The notes: a model not told the origin generated them from the letters alone. A stretch of DNA of 34,598 bases from Bdellovibrionota bacterium (GCA_041739995.1 JBGSMV010000072.1:1-34598); one strand, 5' to 3'; numbered from the stretch's first letter, positions 1-10,769 are shown. Numbers and translations are program-made.

Positions 1-129
1 GTGGTAAGATCCTGAAATGTTGCTACTTATGAGCCTCTTGGGTAGGCTCGGCAATGCAGCGGCTACGGAATTTGGTGCGCTGTTTTTCGCTTCTGGCTAC
101 TAATTGTTAGCGAATTGTAAGGTTTACAT

Positions 130-2988
130 ATGGCTGTTGAGCGAGGTGCGGTGAGCGCCCAAAAGTCTAAAGCATCTGATGCAAAGAACGGGACGGTGCC
201 GGCTGGGCCTTTTGCTGAATTTGGACAGAATCAGGGCTATGTCGAAGAGCTCTACAAGTTATTTCTTGCTGACCCATCGCTGGTAGGTGATTCCTGGGCG
301 CACTATTTTTCAAACATGCCGGGATTAGGGACTTCTTCCGCTGCGGTTACTTCTAACGGAGTGAGTCATGAAGTGACTCGGTCTGAAGTTCAGTCGCGTA
401 TCGGTGCCCGTGACCTAGATAGCCTGCTCGCCTTACAAGAGAGCGCCACTCGCTTGGTGTTCGCCTATCGTGAACGTGGGCATCTTGGCGCCAAAATTAA
501 TCCGCTTACACAAGGAGTCTCGGCTCTTCCCACTTGGCCGAATTTGAATCCGCAGGTCTTAGGCATTGGTTCGAACGATCTTTCCGCAGAAGTTCAGTGC
601 GCGGGGTTTGCCGGAAAGCATTCGATGCCACTGGGCGAGCTGATTGAGAGTCTGCAACAGACCTATTGCGGCTCGATTGGATTCGAGTTGGGGCACGTCT
701 TCGAGGCGGAAGAGCGTGATTGGTTGCAGCGCAAAGTCGAGCAAGATTTCGTGGCGCGTGGGTGGTTCTCAACTGAAGACAAGAAGATTTTCTTTCGAAG
801 GCTTCATGAGGCTGAGGCCATGGAGTCGGAGCTTCATCGCAGGTACGTGGGCTCTAAGCGCTTCTCACTTCAAGGTGGAGACACGCTACTGCCGATGCTC
901 GAGGTGCTCCTTTATGACGCAGGCGAGTGCGGCATTGAGCATGTCGTGATTGGCATGGCGCACCGCGGCCGCCTAAACGTACTCGCCAATATCACGGACA
1001 AACCGCTGCATCAGATTTTTACTGAGTTTGAAGACATTAGCATGGCGTCAGTTATTGGCGCTGGTGACGTGAAGTACCACCTCGGTGCTTCGAATCCGGT
1101 CAAGACTCGCGGTGGCAAGGAGCTCCTAGTGACTCTCGCTCCCAACCCTTCGCATCTTGAGATCGTCAACCCGGTGGTAACCGGCATCACTCGCGCCATT
1201 CAAGACGATATTCTCGAGAGGGACAGACAGAAGGCAGTAGCGTTACTTATACACGGGGACGCCGCGTTTATTGGGCAAGGTGTGGTTCCAGAGACTCTGA
1301 ACCTGGCGAACACGGCGGCTCACACAGTCGGCGGCACAGTACATTTGGTAATTAATAACCAAGTTGGTTTTACCACCGACGTGGCGGAGTCTCGTTCCAC
1401 CACTTACTGTACCGATGTTGCCAAGATCTGTAGTGCCCCGGTGTTGCATGTGAACTCTGAGGATGTTGAAGCCTGTTGCTGGGCTACGCGCATAGCTCTT
1501 GAGTATCGAAACAAGTTTGGAAAGGACGTAGTTCTTGACCTCTACTGCTACCGTAAATATGGGCATAATGAAGGAGATGATCCCACCTTCACTCAGCCCC
1601 TCATGTACGAAGAAATCAAACGTAAGCAGCCGCTTGCGGAAATGTACGCGGAAACCCTGATCGAACAAGGAATCATCTCAGCCGACGAACGCGGCGCCAT
1701 TGAAGAAGAGTATAGCTCAGAGTTTAAGGCGGCCGCCGAGACTTTGAAATTCAGCTCCAACATAGGAGAAGCGTGCGCGTTGTATGGCAAGCTCGCCGTA
1801 CCGTTTGAGTCGACAGCGGTAAAGCGCGAGGTTCTGGATGTTGTTGCGAATTCCTTGATAACCTTCCCTGCGCATTTCACACCGCATCCGAAGCTCAAGA
1901 CGATTCTTGAAAAGCGCGTGCAGTCCTACACAGAAGATAAGGGCATGGACTGGGGTATGGCCGAAGCGCTTGCCTTTGGTTCCATCCTTCTGAGTGGCAC
2001 CTCGATTCGCATGACTGGACAAGATGTTGGCCGTGGTACTTTTAGCCACCGCCACCTTGAATTACGCGACCACGAATCTCCGGCCCGTTTTTATCCACTG
2101 CGCGAGCTGGTGAAAGGGAACAGCGAGCAAACAGGAACGTCAGAAGAGGTGACGTTCGAGCTATATAACAGCACTCTCTCAGAAGAGGCGGTGATGGGCT
2201 TTGAGTTCGGCTACGCGGCGACTCATCCAAGTGCCTTAGTACTTTGGGAAGGTCAGTTCGGTGACTTCGCTAACGGTGCTCAAGTTATTATCGATCAGTT
2301 CTTGGCGGCTTCAGAAGTAAAATGGGGGCAACGTTCGGGCCTAGTGTTACTGCTGCCGCACGGCTACGAGGGACAAGGGCCGGAACACTCGAGCGCGCGT
2401 CTTGAAAGGTTCTTGCAATTATGCGCCGAGGGCAACATGAGCGTGATGTATCCCACTACGCCGGCTCAGTACTTTCACTTGTTGCGCACGCAAGCTCTCG
2501 CAGCGGTGCGCAGACCTTTAATCGTAATGACTCCGAAGAGTCTTTTGAGATCTCCGGATGCCACCTCGTACGTAAGCGATCTTACTGAAGGCCGCTTCGA
2601 GCCTGTGCTCACGGATGTGGTGGGAACTCCCAAGGCGGGAGGTCCGCTTTTCTTGATGAGCGGCAAAATCTTCTATGATGTCAGAAACGCGCTGGTTAAA
2701 AGTGAAAGCTCGGCCAGATTGGCGCGGGTCGAGGAGCTATACCCATTCCCTGAAAAGCAGCTAATGAAACTTGCTGAGGGCAAGGTGCCTTCAAAGGTCA
2801 TCTGGGTCCAAGAAGAGCCCCAGAATATGGGCGCATGGAATTTTGTCTGCCCGAAACTTGGCAAGATATTTGGAAAGGAGCTGCACTACGTAGGGCGCCC
2901 TGAGGGGTCGAGCACCGCTTGCGGATCGTCCAAGTGGCATGCGATTGAGCTTAAGCGCATATTAGAGGAAGTCCACGGGTTGCTTTAG
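130..2988 (+). CDS. sucA: 2-oxoglutarate dehydrogenase E1 component
   Basis: 952 aa with SucA motifs KRFSLQGGD, GMAHRGRLN, GDVKYHLG, ThDP-binding HGDAAF...NN, WEGQFGDFANGAQ, LLPHGYEGQGPEHSSARLERFLQ and WVQEEPQNMGAW. Confidence 0.97.
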   Translation: MAVERGAVSAQKSKASDAKNGTVPAGPFAEFGQNQGYVEELYKLFLADPSLVGDSWAHYFSNMPGLGTSSAAVTSNGVSHEVTRSEVQSRIGARDLDSLLALQESATRLVFAYRERGHLGAKINPLTQGVSALPTWPNLNPQVLGIGSNDLSAEVQCAGFAGKHSMPLGELIESLQQTYCGSIGFELGHVFEAEERDWLQRKVEQDFVARGWFSTEDKKIFFRRLHEAEAMESELHRRYVGSKRFSLQGGDTLLPMLEVLLYDAGECGIEHVVIGMAHRGRLNVLANITDKPLHQIFTEFEDISMASVIGAGDVKYHLGASNPVKTRGGKELLVTLAPNPSHLEIVNPVVTGITRAIQDDILERDRQKAVALLIHGDAAFIGQGVVPETLNLANTAAHTVGGTVHLVINNQVGFTTDVAESRSTTYCTDVAKICSAPVLHVNSEDVEACCWATRIALEYRNKFGKDVVLDLYCYRKYGHNEGDDPTFTQPLMYEEIKRKQPLAEMYAETLIEQGIISADERGAIEEEYSSEFKAAAETLKFSSNIGEACALYGKLAVPFESTAVKREVLDVVANSLITFPAHFTPHPKLKTILEKRVQSYTEDKGMDWGMAEALAFGSILLSGTSIRMTGQDVGRGTFSHRHLELRDHESPARFYPLRELVKGNSEQTGTSEEVTFELYNSTLSEEAVMGFEFGYAATHPSALVLWEGQFGDFANGAQVIIDQFLAASEVKWGQRSGLVLLLPHGYEGQGPEHSSARLERFLQLCAEGNMSVMYPTTPAQYFHLLRTQALAAVRRPLIVMTPKSLLRSPDATSYVSDLTEGRFEPVLTDVVGTPKAGGPLFLMSGKIFYDVRNALVKSESSARLARVEELYPFPEKQLMKLAEGKVPSKVIWVQEEPQNMGAWNFVCPKLGKIFGKELHYVGRPEGSSTACGSSKWHAIELKRILEEVHGLL

Positions 2989-3094
2989 CGGGGCCCGGCT
3001 GGGAATGCGCGGTTCCGATCTCAGAGATCGGCCGGCCTGGCCTGATCCCGATGTTCCTAGCGGATTTTTGACTGCAGGCTCAAGATTACTCCAG

Positions 3095-3116
3095 AGCATC
3101 CCGTCAGGGATGCTTT
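3095..3116 (+). terminator. possible intrinsic terminator after sucA
   Basis: Perfect 8-bp stem AGCATCCC-gtca-GGGATGCT about 100 bp after the sucA stop. The U-tract is short. Confidence 0.4.
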
Positions 3117-3256
3117 CCGGCATCTCGATCCCTTGCTACTAATCAACTCTCGATTCGTTATACTATCTTCTACCCGAAGGGAGTGGGGCGCCTTTCATGG
3201 GACGCCCGCTGAGGGAGCGTTGACGCAAACAGAAAATGGCTGGTTGAGAGTCTGAA

Positions 3257-6200
3257 GTGGCACAAAAAGAAAATCGCAATGAGTCTGGTAAGGATGACTG
3301 TTCAACAGAGGAGGGTGGTCGCGAAAAGAAACCGGAGCTGAACACCACATTTGCCGATCACTTTGAGCCTAGCGAGAGAGAGTCAGCGCTTTATCAGCTG
3401 TGGGAGAAAAGCGGCGCTTTTTCGTTTGATGCGCCAGTAAGCGAAGAGAGCGGGAGTTCTACTAAAGATCCATTCGTAATCTGCATGCCTCCTCCGAACG
3501 CCAATGGTGAGCTTCACCTTGGCCATTCGTATGGCTACTCAATCATGGATACGCTTGGGCGTTACCACCGTGCTCAAGCGCGCCCCGTACTACTTTTGCC
3601 TGGAAAGGATCACGCGGGAATTCAAACTCAAGTGGTTTTTGAAAATCGTCTGCGTGCTACGGGGAGAGATCTTAGCACCAGCACTCGTGAACAGCTTTAT
3701 GATGAGTGCTATGCGTTTTGCATGGATCGCGCTCAGTACATGCGCGCTCAAGAAAAGCAGCTCGGGCTTTCTGCGGATTGGGAAAGAGAATTCTTTACGC
3801 TAGATCCACGACTTTCGAACGTGGTGTTCGAGACTTTCGTACGACTTTGGGATGACGGTCTCATATATCGCGGCAAACGTATCGTGAACTGGTCGGTGCT
3901 TTCAGGTACGGCGATTTCCGATGTGGAAGTTGACCGCAAAGAAGTCGAGGGTACGCTTACCTATATTCGCTATCCCTTTGCCAGTCCGGTGACTGCGCCA
4001 AAGTTTAAAGAGATCGACCTTCCAGAAGGCAGTCAACTCTTGTCAGCAGGAGGAGGTTTGTGGGTTGTAGTAGGTCGCCAAGAAATTACCGCGGCCACCG
4101 TTCTTCGACAAGGCGAAGGCGTCGATAGTTCTCTCATCTGCGTCGAAGCGGCGAAGCTTTCTAAAGACAGCGCGGTCAAGAAAGTACTTTCTGAGCTCTC
4201 CGTGCCGGACGAGGCGCTACAGGTTGCACAGGCGCTGTCGCAGTGCGTGGCAGCTGGTGGCGGCTTCATCGCTACTCTTGTGGCTCAGTTTGATCCATCA
4301 GAAGGCCTGGTCACTGCCACTACTCGACCTGAAACCATGCTCGGCGATACTGCCCTTGCGGTGCATCCAAAAGATCCACGCTATGCGCATGTGGTGGGGG
4401 CTGCGGTGGTCGTTCCACTGATTGAGCGCGAAGTTAAAGTGATTGCTGACAATCGCGTGGAGATCGCGTTTGGTGCAGGTGTGGTGAAGGTGACGCCTGC
4501 CCATGATTTCCTTGACTTCGATATCGGAGAGACTCACGGATTGCCGGTGATTCAGGTCATCGGAACCGACGGTCGCATGACCGAAGAGGCGGGGGCCTAC
4601 AAGGGACTCGAGGCGCGCGAGTGCAGAAAACGAGTGGTTGCCGATCTTGAGGCCAAAGGCCTGGTGGAGAAGATTGAGAAGATCGTGCACAAAGTTCCCA
4701 TCGCTGAGCGCAGCAAAGACATTATTGAGCCCCTTATTTCTGAGCAATGGTTCGTCGCGGTCGACGATAAAAAGCACAGTTTAAAGGGTCGGGCTCTGGA
4801 GCTGCTCCAGTCCGGTAAGATAGACATCCACCCGCCGCACTTCAGGAAGGAATTCGAGCATTGGCTAAAGAATCTTCGTGATTGGAATATCTCGCGGCAG
4901 CTGTGGTGGGGACACCGGCTGCCTGTTTGGTATCGCGATCAAGCTGGAGAGATGGAGACCAAAGTTTCCATAGAAGTTCCTTCGGGCGATGGCTGGAGGC
5001 AAGAAACTGATACCTTCGACACCTGGTTCTCTTCCGGACAATGGGCTTTTACGACACTGGCTGCTTGTGGCGAGTTAGACATGCAGACTGGTAAAGCAGC
5101 CAAAGGCGCTTTCCCGTCCGAGTGCATGGTGATGGGACGCGACATTTTGTTCTTTTGGGCCTGTCGCATGTTGCTCCTGACTGCCTATCGCATGGATGAA
5201 GTTCCATGGAAGAGCATCTATTTTACCGGGCTCATTCGAGATGAACATGGCCAGAAGATGTCTAAGTCTAAGGGCAACGGCATCGAACCAGGCGAGATAA
5301 TCAAAAAATTTGGATCTGATGCTCTGCGAGTCGGGCTTTTGTTTGGAACGACTCCAGGCAATGACGTCAACATGGGCGAAGGTAAGATCTCGGGGTACTC
5401 AAAGTTCATCAATAAACTCTGGAATGCTGCAAAGCTTCTGCAGATGCGAACACTTGGTGACTGCCAGAGTGCCTGTCCACCACCAGCACAGATACGCTCC
5501 GATGCTGCTGTCTGGATTGTGGCAGAGGTTTGTCGCGTAAGAGCGCACGTACGGCATTTGATGGACACCTATCAACTTGGGCAGGCTTTGAGCGAACTGT
5601 ATGGCTTTACCTGGGATACCTACTGCGATTGGTATCTTGAAGTGGTGAAGGTGCTCACGAAAGAGTCTGCTTCGCCTGATACTGCTGCTTTGGCAGAACT
5701 ACGCTGGGCTGCGCAGTACAGTTTTGGAAGCCTGCTCGAAATGCTGCATCCGTTTTTGCCGTTTCTCACTGAGGAGATCTACCAACAGCTCCCTGGCTTA
5801 GGCACTGCCCCCACGCTTTGTCAGGCGGCATGGCGCCCAGATCCGAAGCAAGTCTCCTTTGAAAGTGCGAGTGGCCAGCGTTCGACAGACGCGATGGTGC
5901 GGGTAATTGAAGTAGTAAAGGCTATTCGCTCGAGCAAGGTGTCACTTGGGGGACTAGGATCCGGCATTCGAGTGGCATTGAATACCGATCCGTTAAGCGA
6001 AGAAGGTGAGAGGCTGGTGCAGGAGCTTGGTCGTGTTCAGTTGGTCAAACCTGCGGAAATTTCAGCTGATCGCGCCGTGGCCCAGGTCTTTGCTCGTGGA
6101 GTGATTCTCTTTGATCACCCCGATCGTGCCGGATTTGCGACGAAGCTTTCAAAGGAAGCCACCTCGCTCGAAGAAAATATTGAGCGACTTGAGAAGCGAC

Positions 6201-6322
6201 TTGCTTCGGATTTTGCTGCACGCGCAAAGCCTGAGGTTGTGGCGGTTGAGCGAGAGAAGCTTCAAGTAGCCAAGCAAACGCTTTCTCGTTTATCTGAGGA
6301 GCTTAAGGCGCTGGCTCGCTAG
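3257..6322 (+). CDS. valS: valine--tRNA ligase
   Basis: PPPNANGELHLGH (HIGH), DHAGIQTQ, ATTRPETMLGDTALAVHP, DWNISRQLWWGHR, DTFDTWFSS, KMSKS and a C-terminal coiled-coil arm. The GTG start is uncertain. Confidence 0.97.
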   Translation: MAQKENRNESGKDDCSTEEGGREKKPELNTTFADHFEPSERESALYQLWEKSGAFSFDAPVSEESGSSTKDPFVICMPPPNANGELHLGHSYGYSIMDTLGRYHRAQARPVLLLPGKDHAGIQTQVVFENRLRATGRDLSTSTREQLYDECYAFCMDRAQYMRAQEKQLGLSADWEREFFTLDPRLSNVVFETFVRLWDDGLIYRGKRIVNWSVLSGTAISDVEVDRKEVEGTLTYIRYPFASPVTAPKFKEIDLPEGSQLLSAGGGLWVVVGRQEITAATVLRQGEGVDSSLICVEAAKLSKDSAVKKVLSELSVPDEALQVAQALSQCVAAGGGFIATLVAQFDPSEGLVTATTRPETMLGDTALAVHPKDPRYAHVVGAAVVVPLIEREVKVIADNRVEIAFGAGVVKVTPAHDFLDFDIGETHGLPVIQVIGTDGRMTEEAGAYKGLEARECRKRVVADLEAKGLVEKIEKIVHKVPIAERSKDIIEPLISEQWFVAVDDKKHSLKGRALELLQSGKIDIHPPHFRKEFEHWLKNLRDWNISRQLWWGHRLPVWYRDQAGEMETKVSIEVPSGDGWRQETDTFDTWFSSGQWAFTTLAACGELDMQTGKAAKGAFPSECMVMGRDILFFWACRMLLLTAYRMDEVPWKSIYFTGLIRDEHGQKMSKSKGNGIEPGEIIKKFGSDALRVGLLFGTTPGNDVNMGEGKISGYSKFINKLWNAAKLLQMRTLGDCQSACPPPAQIRSDAAVWIVAEVCRVRAHVRHLMDTYQLGQALSELYGFTWDTYCDWYLEVVKVLTKESASPDTAALAELRWAAQYSFGSLLEMLHPFLPFLTEEIYQQLPGLGTAPTLCQAAWRPDPKQVSFESASGQRSTDAMVRVIEVVKAIRSSKVSLGGLGSGIRVALNTDPLSEEGERLVQELGRVQLVKPAEISADRAVAQVFARGVILFDHPDRAGFATKLSKEATSLEENIERLEKRLASDFAARAKPEVVAVEREKLQVAKQTLSRLSEELKALAR

Positions 6323-6346
6323 TAGGGAGAATCTGAAAGACTAAAT

Positions 6347-6437
6347 CTTAGTGGTCTTGGTGCTCCTAGTGGTGCATTCAAACTTTCGAAATTGCCGTAG
6401 ATTTGGTTACACCACGAAGATCACAAAGAGCACGAAG
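6347..6437. repeat. intergenic inverted repeat built from 9-bp CACNAAGAN units
   Basis: 6347-6374 (cttagtggtcttggtgctcctagtggtg) and 6410-6437 (caccacgaagatcacaaagagcacgaag) are reverse complements at 22/28 positions. Each arm holds about three 9-bp units. Confidence 0.7.
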
Positions 6438-6495
6438 TTAGAGATGCGGGTTATTCGGGGGTTCCTTCGGTTGACTAAATTTAAGTGAGGCAGCA

Positions 6496-8016
6496 GTGAA
6501 GGCAATCTTCTTTGACCTAGAGACTTCTGACAAAGAACCCATTGGGCAGATAATCAACTATTCGTTTATCGCAGTGAACGAGCAGCTCGAGCCGATTGGC
6601 GAGTGCTCCGGCGACGTGCGGCTTTCCCGGCTGCAGTTTCCAAGCCCGGACGCTATTCTCAAGAATCGAGTTGACGTACAAGCTCTGCAGGCCAGTGACG
6701 CTCCTTCAGAACCGGTCGCTATGCAGCGTATTATTGATTTCGTAACATCGATTCAAGGCCGCGATCGTGAGCCGCCAGTTTTGATTGGCTTCAACTCAAA
6801 CCGCTTCGATGTTCCGCGGCTTCGAACCTGCATGATGCGCAACGGCATCAATCCGTATTTTAGTGGTCGTATCATCTACCGGGATGCGCTGTATGGGGTT
6901 CGCAAGCTTTCGGTCTCGCGTGAAGATTTCCCAAGACCGGTCAAGAAAGATGCCGAGGGGGGTAAGAAACTTTCACTCTCCCTAGAAGACGTGACCCGCG
7001 CGCTTGGGCTGCTGGACGGCGCCCAGTCCCATCATTCGCGAGACGATGTGCTTCTGACCATTGAGTTGGCGAGGGCGCTTCGTAGTCGCTTTGACTTTGA
7101 CCTGCTGACCTATAATCCCTTTGAGATTCAAGCCGAGGTACTCGAGCTCGGCAAAAGCAAGGTGGCGCAAGGGCTGTTCTGGGGGCTACGTCCTGAGTAC
7201 GACCTCTCCTCTGGGGAGCAGGCGGTGAAGATCCCGTTCGTGCTGTTAACCGCAAACCATCGCTACGTACTGCTCGTAGACCTTGAGGCCTACCTTGACG
7301 GTAAGGGCAGGGAGAGCATTCGTTGGTTTAATATGAGTGCCGGGAGCTTCTTCTCGGGAGGAAGCTTGTCCGAAACTCAAGTGGTCGAGATCGGAGGCAA
7401 GTCTGAGACGGTAGGAGCCTTGAGTCAGCGGGCAAAGGAAGAGTTTGCCAAAGTCACGCTGGATAACTTCTTTCAAAAGAGCACCTGCGACATTGAGCAG
7501 GACATTTACCGGGTAGATTCCAAGGGGGTAGCGGTACTTCAGAGGGCTATCTTCCAAGGTGATGACCGAGAGCTTAAAGCTTCCAAGAATCGTGACCTCA
7601 AGGTTCTATGGGTGAGGTATCGACTGCGGGCGGCCGAAGAGCTTGATACTGAGGGGCAGGGGCGGCTTAAGAGCTATGCCCTTCATCGTTATACTGGGCA
7701 GCTTCAGCTACTTAAGCAGCCTAGGGTCAAGTCGTTATCCAATACCGTGACTGCTGAAGTGGGAGGTGGTGGGGTCGAAAGGGAAAAACCTCCAGAAGGT
7801 TGCCACGAGACCCTCGCTTCCTATCTCAAACGCATCAATGAACTCGAGGCAGTGGTTGACGGGTCAGTGACCAAAGAGGATAAGGCCCTTTTGCGGAGCC
7901 TAAGGGAATTTTATCTTACCTCAGAGATGGCGCAGATTGCCGGGGAGGAGCTTCTAGGTGACTCGGGGTTAGTTTCAGATCAATCCGGTTCGGGCAGCCA
8001 AGTGGTGGGCATATAA
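6496..8016 (+). CDS. DEDDh (DnaQ-like) 3'-5' exonuclease, exonuclease I (SbcB)-like N-terminal domain
   Basis: ExoI FFDLETS, ExoII IGFNSNRFD and ExoIII HHSRDDV motifs. The C-terminal ~300 aa is not recognised. Confidence 0.8.
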   Translation: MKAIFFDLETSDKEPIGQIINYSFIAVNEQLEPIGECSGDVRLSRLQFPSPDAILKNRVDVQALQASDAPSEPVAMQRIIDFVTSIQGRDREPPVLIGFNSNRFDVPRLRTCMMRNGINPYFSGRIIYRDALYGVRKLSVSREDFPRPVKKDAEGGKKLSLSLEDVTRALGLLDGAQSHHSRDDVLLTIELARALRSRFDFDLLTYNPFEIQAEVLELGKSKVAQGLFWGLRPEYDLSSGEQAVKIPFVLLTANHRYVLLVDLEAYLDGKGRESIRWFNMSAGSFFSGGSLSETQVVEIGGKSETVGALSQRAKEEFAKVTLDNFFQKSTCDIEQDIYRVDSKGVAVLQRAIFQGDDRELKASKNRDLKVLWVRYRLRAAEELDTEGQGRLKSYALHRYTGQLQLLKQPRVKSLSNTVTAEVGGGGVEREKPPEGCHETLASYLKRINELEAVVDGSVTKEDKALLRSLREFYLTSEMAQIAGEELLGDSGLVSDQSGSGSQVVGI

Positions 8017-8284
8017 GTAATGGGTGGGGGATAGTCGAACCTTTCAGTCTTTTTCGGAGTACGAATCCCAGAAGGTGGCGTTGATAACGTTTTCCGTGCC
8101 ACATTCTAGTGCCCTCCAAGATCGAAGATTTGGAGACCAGTGGCTTCGGGTCGGGGTGCCGATCGATGGTACGGGCAGGGGGTAGCCCAAGAAATTCCTT
8201 GCACTGGGAGTAGATGTTCCGCATCATGATTTGGTAATGCTTAGGAAGTCGCGTTCTCATCGGGATAAGGAGACCTTTAATTCT

Positions 8285-9736
8285 ATGTCGCAAACAAATG
8301 TGGGAGCCCCAAGTGTGGCCACCCCAGTCTCGGCTGAGCCTTCTTCGCCGAGCGATCTTGGTTCCGCAAGTGAAGATTCAGAGCCTCCGGGTAGTGAGTC
8401 GTTAACCAAAAAGTCCCCCCGCTCTCGTTCGCGAAGTGACCCAGATTTGAAAGATGGCTCTGGTGTCGCCGCTAAACAAAGAATTTCTAGCGCGCCCCGA
8501 CAGACGCTAGTTCCAGTGAGCGATCTCAGCGTCGCAAGTTCCCCACAGAAGGAGATTCCCAAAAAGCAAAGACTCGACTTTGTTAAGGCCAGTCCGCGCT
8601 CTAAGGAATTCTTAAGGCAGCATTTCCCTAATTTAAGCCTTGTTGAATGGAACGACTGGCACTGGCAAGTGCGTGCGCGTTATCGCCAGGCTGAAGAGCT
8701 TGGGAAGATTCTTAAGTTGTCCCGCGAAGAGCGCGAAGCCATTACGCGTCGCTCTGGTTCTCTGCCGGTGGGAATTACTCCCTATTACGCGAGTTTGCTC
8801 GATCCAGAAAACCCCATGCAGCCATTGCGCAGAACTGTGGTGCCGGTAACTGACGAGTTCGTCGAATCGGCCGGAGAGGCGCGGGATCCTTTGGGTGAAG
8901 ACGGAGATGCCGCAGTGCCAGGAGTGGTGCATCGCTATCCGGATAGAGTGCTCTTTCTCGTATCTGCATTTTGCTCGGTGTATTGCCGCTACTGCACACG
9001 CTCTCGTGTAGTTGGAAACTTCGATGAGTATCATTTTACTCGCGGCCAGTGGGAGAAGGGCTTGCAGTACATTGAAGCCAATAAGGACATTCGTGATGTG
9101 TTGGTGTCAGGTGGGGATCCCCTCGATCTTTCAGACGACCGACTCGAATGGTTGCTCACTCGGCTTAGAAAAATTAAGCACGTGGAATTTTTGCGAATTG
9201 GTACCAAGGTGCCGGCGGTGTTGCCGCAGCGCGTGACTCATTCGCTTACTCGTATTTTAAAAAAGCTTCATCCCTTGTGGATGAGCCTTCACTTTACGCA
9301 TCCTGATGAAGTGAGCCCTGAGACTGCCGAAGCCTGTGAAAGATTGGCTGATGCGGGGATTCCTTTGGGAAGTCAGACAGTGTTGCTCAAAGGGGTCAAC
9401 GACAATGTTCCGACGCTCAAAGAGTTGTTTCATCAACTTTTGAAAGTGCGCGTTCGGCCATATTACCTGTATCAGTGCGATCCTATCATTGGCTCGGCAC
9501 ATTTTCGTACCTCGGTAGAGAAGGGGCTCGAGATGATAGAAGGTCTTCGTGGCCACACCACCGGTTATGCGGTGCCGCACTACGTCATCGACGGACCGGG
9601 AGGGGGAGGCAAGATTCCGTTGCTACCGCAGTACTTCATGGGTCGAGACGGGGATGATGTTATTTTGCGAAATTTTGAAGGGCAGACTTTTCGTTATCCC
9701 GATCCATTCGGCAATCCCGATCGAAAGCCCTCGTAA
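8285..9736 (+). CDS. KamA-family radical SAM protein (lysine 2,3-aminomutase-like)
   Basis: HRYPDRVL, CSVYCRYC (CxxxCxxC), SGGDPL, RPYYLYQCD and the PLP-lysine motif PGGGGKIP. Start placed at ATG 8285, behind AAGGAG at 8267-8272. About 100 aa of Ser/Pro-rich N-terminal extension. Confidence 0.92.
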   Translation: MSQTNVGAPSVATPVSAEPSSPSDLGSASEDSEPPGSESLTKKSPRSRSRSDPDLKDGSGVAAKQRISSAPRQTLVPVSDLSVASSPQKEIPKKQRLDFVKASPRSKEFLRQHFPNLSLVEWNDWHWQVRARYRQAEELGKILKLSREEREAITRRSGSLPVGITPYYASLLDPENPMQPLRRTVVPVTDEFVESAGEARDPLGEDGDAAVPGVVHRYPDRVLFLVSAFCSVYCRYCTRSRVVGNFDEYHFTRGQWEKGLQYIEANKDIRDVLVSGGDPLDLSDDRLEWLLTRLRKIKHVEFLRIGTKVPAVLPQRVTHSLTRILKKLHPLWMSLHFTHPDEVSPETAEACERLADAGIPLGSQTVLLKGVNDNVPTLKELFHQLLKVRVRPYYLYQCDPIIGSAHFRTSVEKGLEMIEGLRGHTTGYAVPHYVIDGPGGGGKIPLLPQYFMGRDGDDVILRNFEGQTFRYPDPFGNPDRKPS

Positions 9737-9773
9737 CCGCAGGGGCTCGTAACGTTGTGTCGAGTGAAATCTT

Positions 9774-10763
9774 GTGAGCCGCATAATCGTTCTGCATGGC
9801 GAGATTTCACGTGATGCTGCGCCTGATGAGCAAGACACTCTCGTCCAGGTGCGGGCCGTTTGTGAGGCCTTGCGTGCGCTGAATCATTCTGTCGAAACAT
9901 TTTCGGTTTCCCTAGACCTCAGCACCCTCATTGAGTGTATGCGAACTCGTGCGCCAGACCTGGTGTTCAATCTGGTTGAGACTCTGGGCGGCTCCATGAG
10001 TTTTACGTCATGGGTGCCGGCTATCCTTGAGCAGCAAGGGATTCCGTGCAGTGGCTGCTCGTCGCGGGCGCTATCGGATACCACTGATAAGTGTCTGGCG
10101 AAGCAGCTCCTTGCGGGAAGCGGGATCTCAACGCCGGGCTGGTGGGACCCTCGATTTCCCTCCTTAGACTCTCTTAGCCTGCCGACGCGGGTTATCATTA
10201 AATCCGTTCATGAGGAGGGCTCGATTGGCCTCACTGACAAGAGTGTGGCGCTCTTTAGCGAAGTCGAGGCCATTGCAACGGAAGTTCAAATCGCGACGGA
10301 GAAATATGCCGGACATTGGTTCGCCGAAGAGTTTATGGACGGCAGAGAATTTAATATTTCCTTGCTAGAGCGCACTGATGGAATGCCGCAGGTATTGCCG
10401 ATCGCTGAGATTGATTTTGGAGCACTGCCCGCGGACAGACCGAAGATCGTGGGGTACGCAGCAAAGTGGGATGAGGAATCGGTGGAATTCAAGAACACCA
10501 CTCCGAAATTTGCAAGTGCGGAAGGAGATTCGGAGACGCTAAAAATACTTGAGAGCGTGGCGCTACGGTGCTGGCAAGCATTCGCACTTTCGGGCTACGC
10601 GCGCGTTGATATTCGGCTCTCGAGTGCGGGGGTGCCGCATGTCTTGGAGGTTAACGCCAACCCTTGTATTGCTCCGGGCGCAGGGTTTTGTAAGGCGGCG
10701 GCCGAGGCAGGACTTTCTTATGTAGAGATGATTCAGGCAATCATCTCATCGGCGAAATTGTAG
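9774..10763 (+). CDS. D-Ala-D-Ala ligase-like ATP-grasp protein
   Basis: FNLVE, DK..AK, IIKSVHEEGSIG, EEFMDGREF, YARVDIR and LEVNANP. The N-terminus lacks the GGxSxE motif of true Ddl. Confidence 0.88.
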   Translation: MSRIIVLHGEISRDAAPDEQDTLVQVRAVCEALRALNHSVETFSVSLDLSTLIECMRTRAPDLVFNLVETLGGSMSFTSWVPAILEQQGIPCSGCSSRALSDTTDKCLAKQLLAGSGISTPGWWDPRFPSLDSLSLPTRVIIKSVHEEGSIGLTDKSVALFSEVEAIATEVQIATEKYAGHWFAEEFMDGREFNISLLERTDGMPQVLPIAEIDFGALPADRPKIVGYAAKWDEESVEFKNTTPKFASAEGDSETLKILESVALRCWQAFALSGYARVDIRLSSAGVPHVLEVNANPCIAPGAGFCKAAAEAGLSYVEMIQAIISSAKL

Positions 10764-10769
10764 AGGCAT

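Noticed and set aside
3120..3256. T-box or riboswitch leader before valS
   Set aside because: There is some hairpin potential but no T-box (UGGNACC) consensus.
2989..3256. sucB expected after sucA
   Set aside because: No such ORF here. It may lie upstream or elsewhere, and split suc genes are not unusual.
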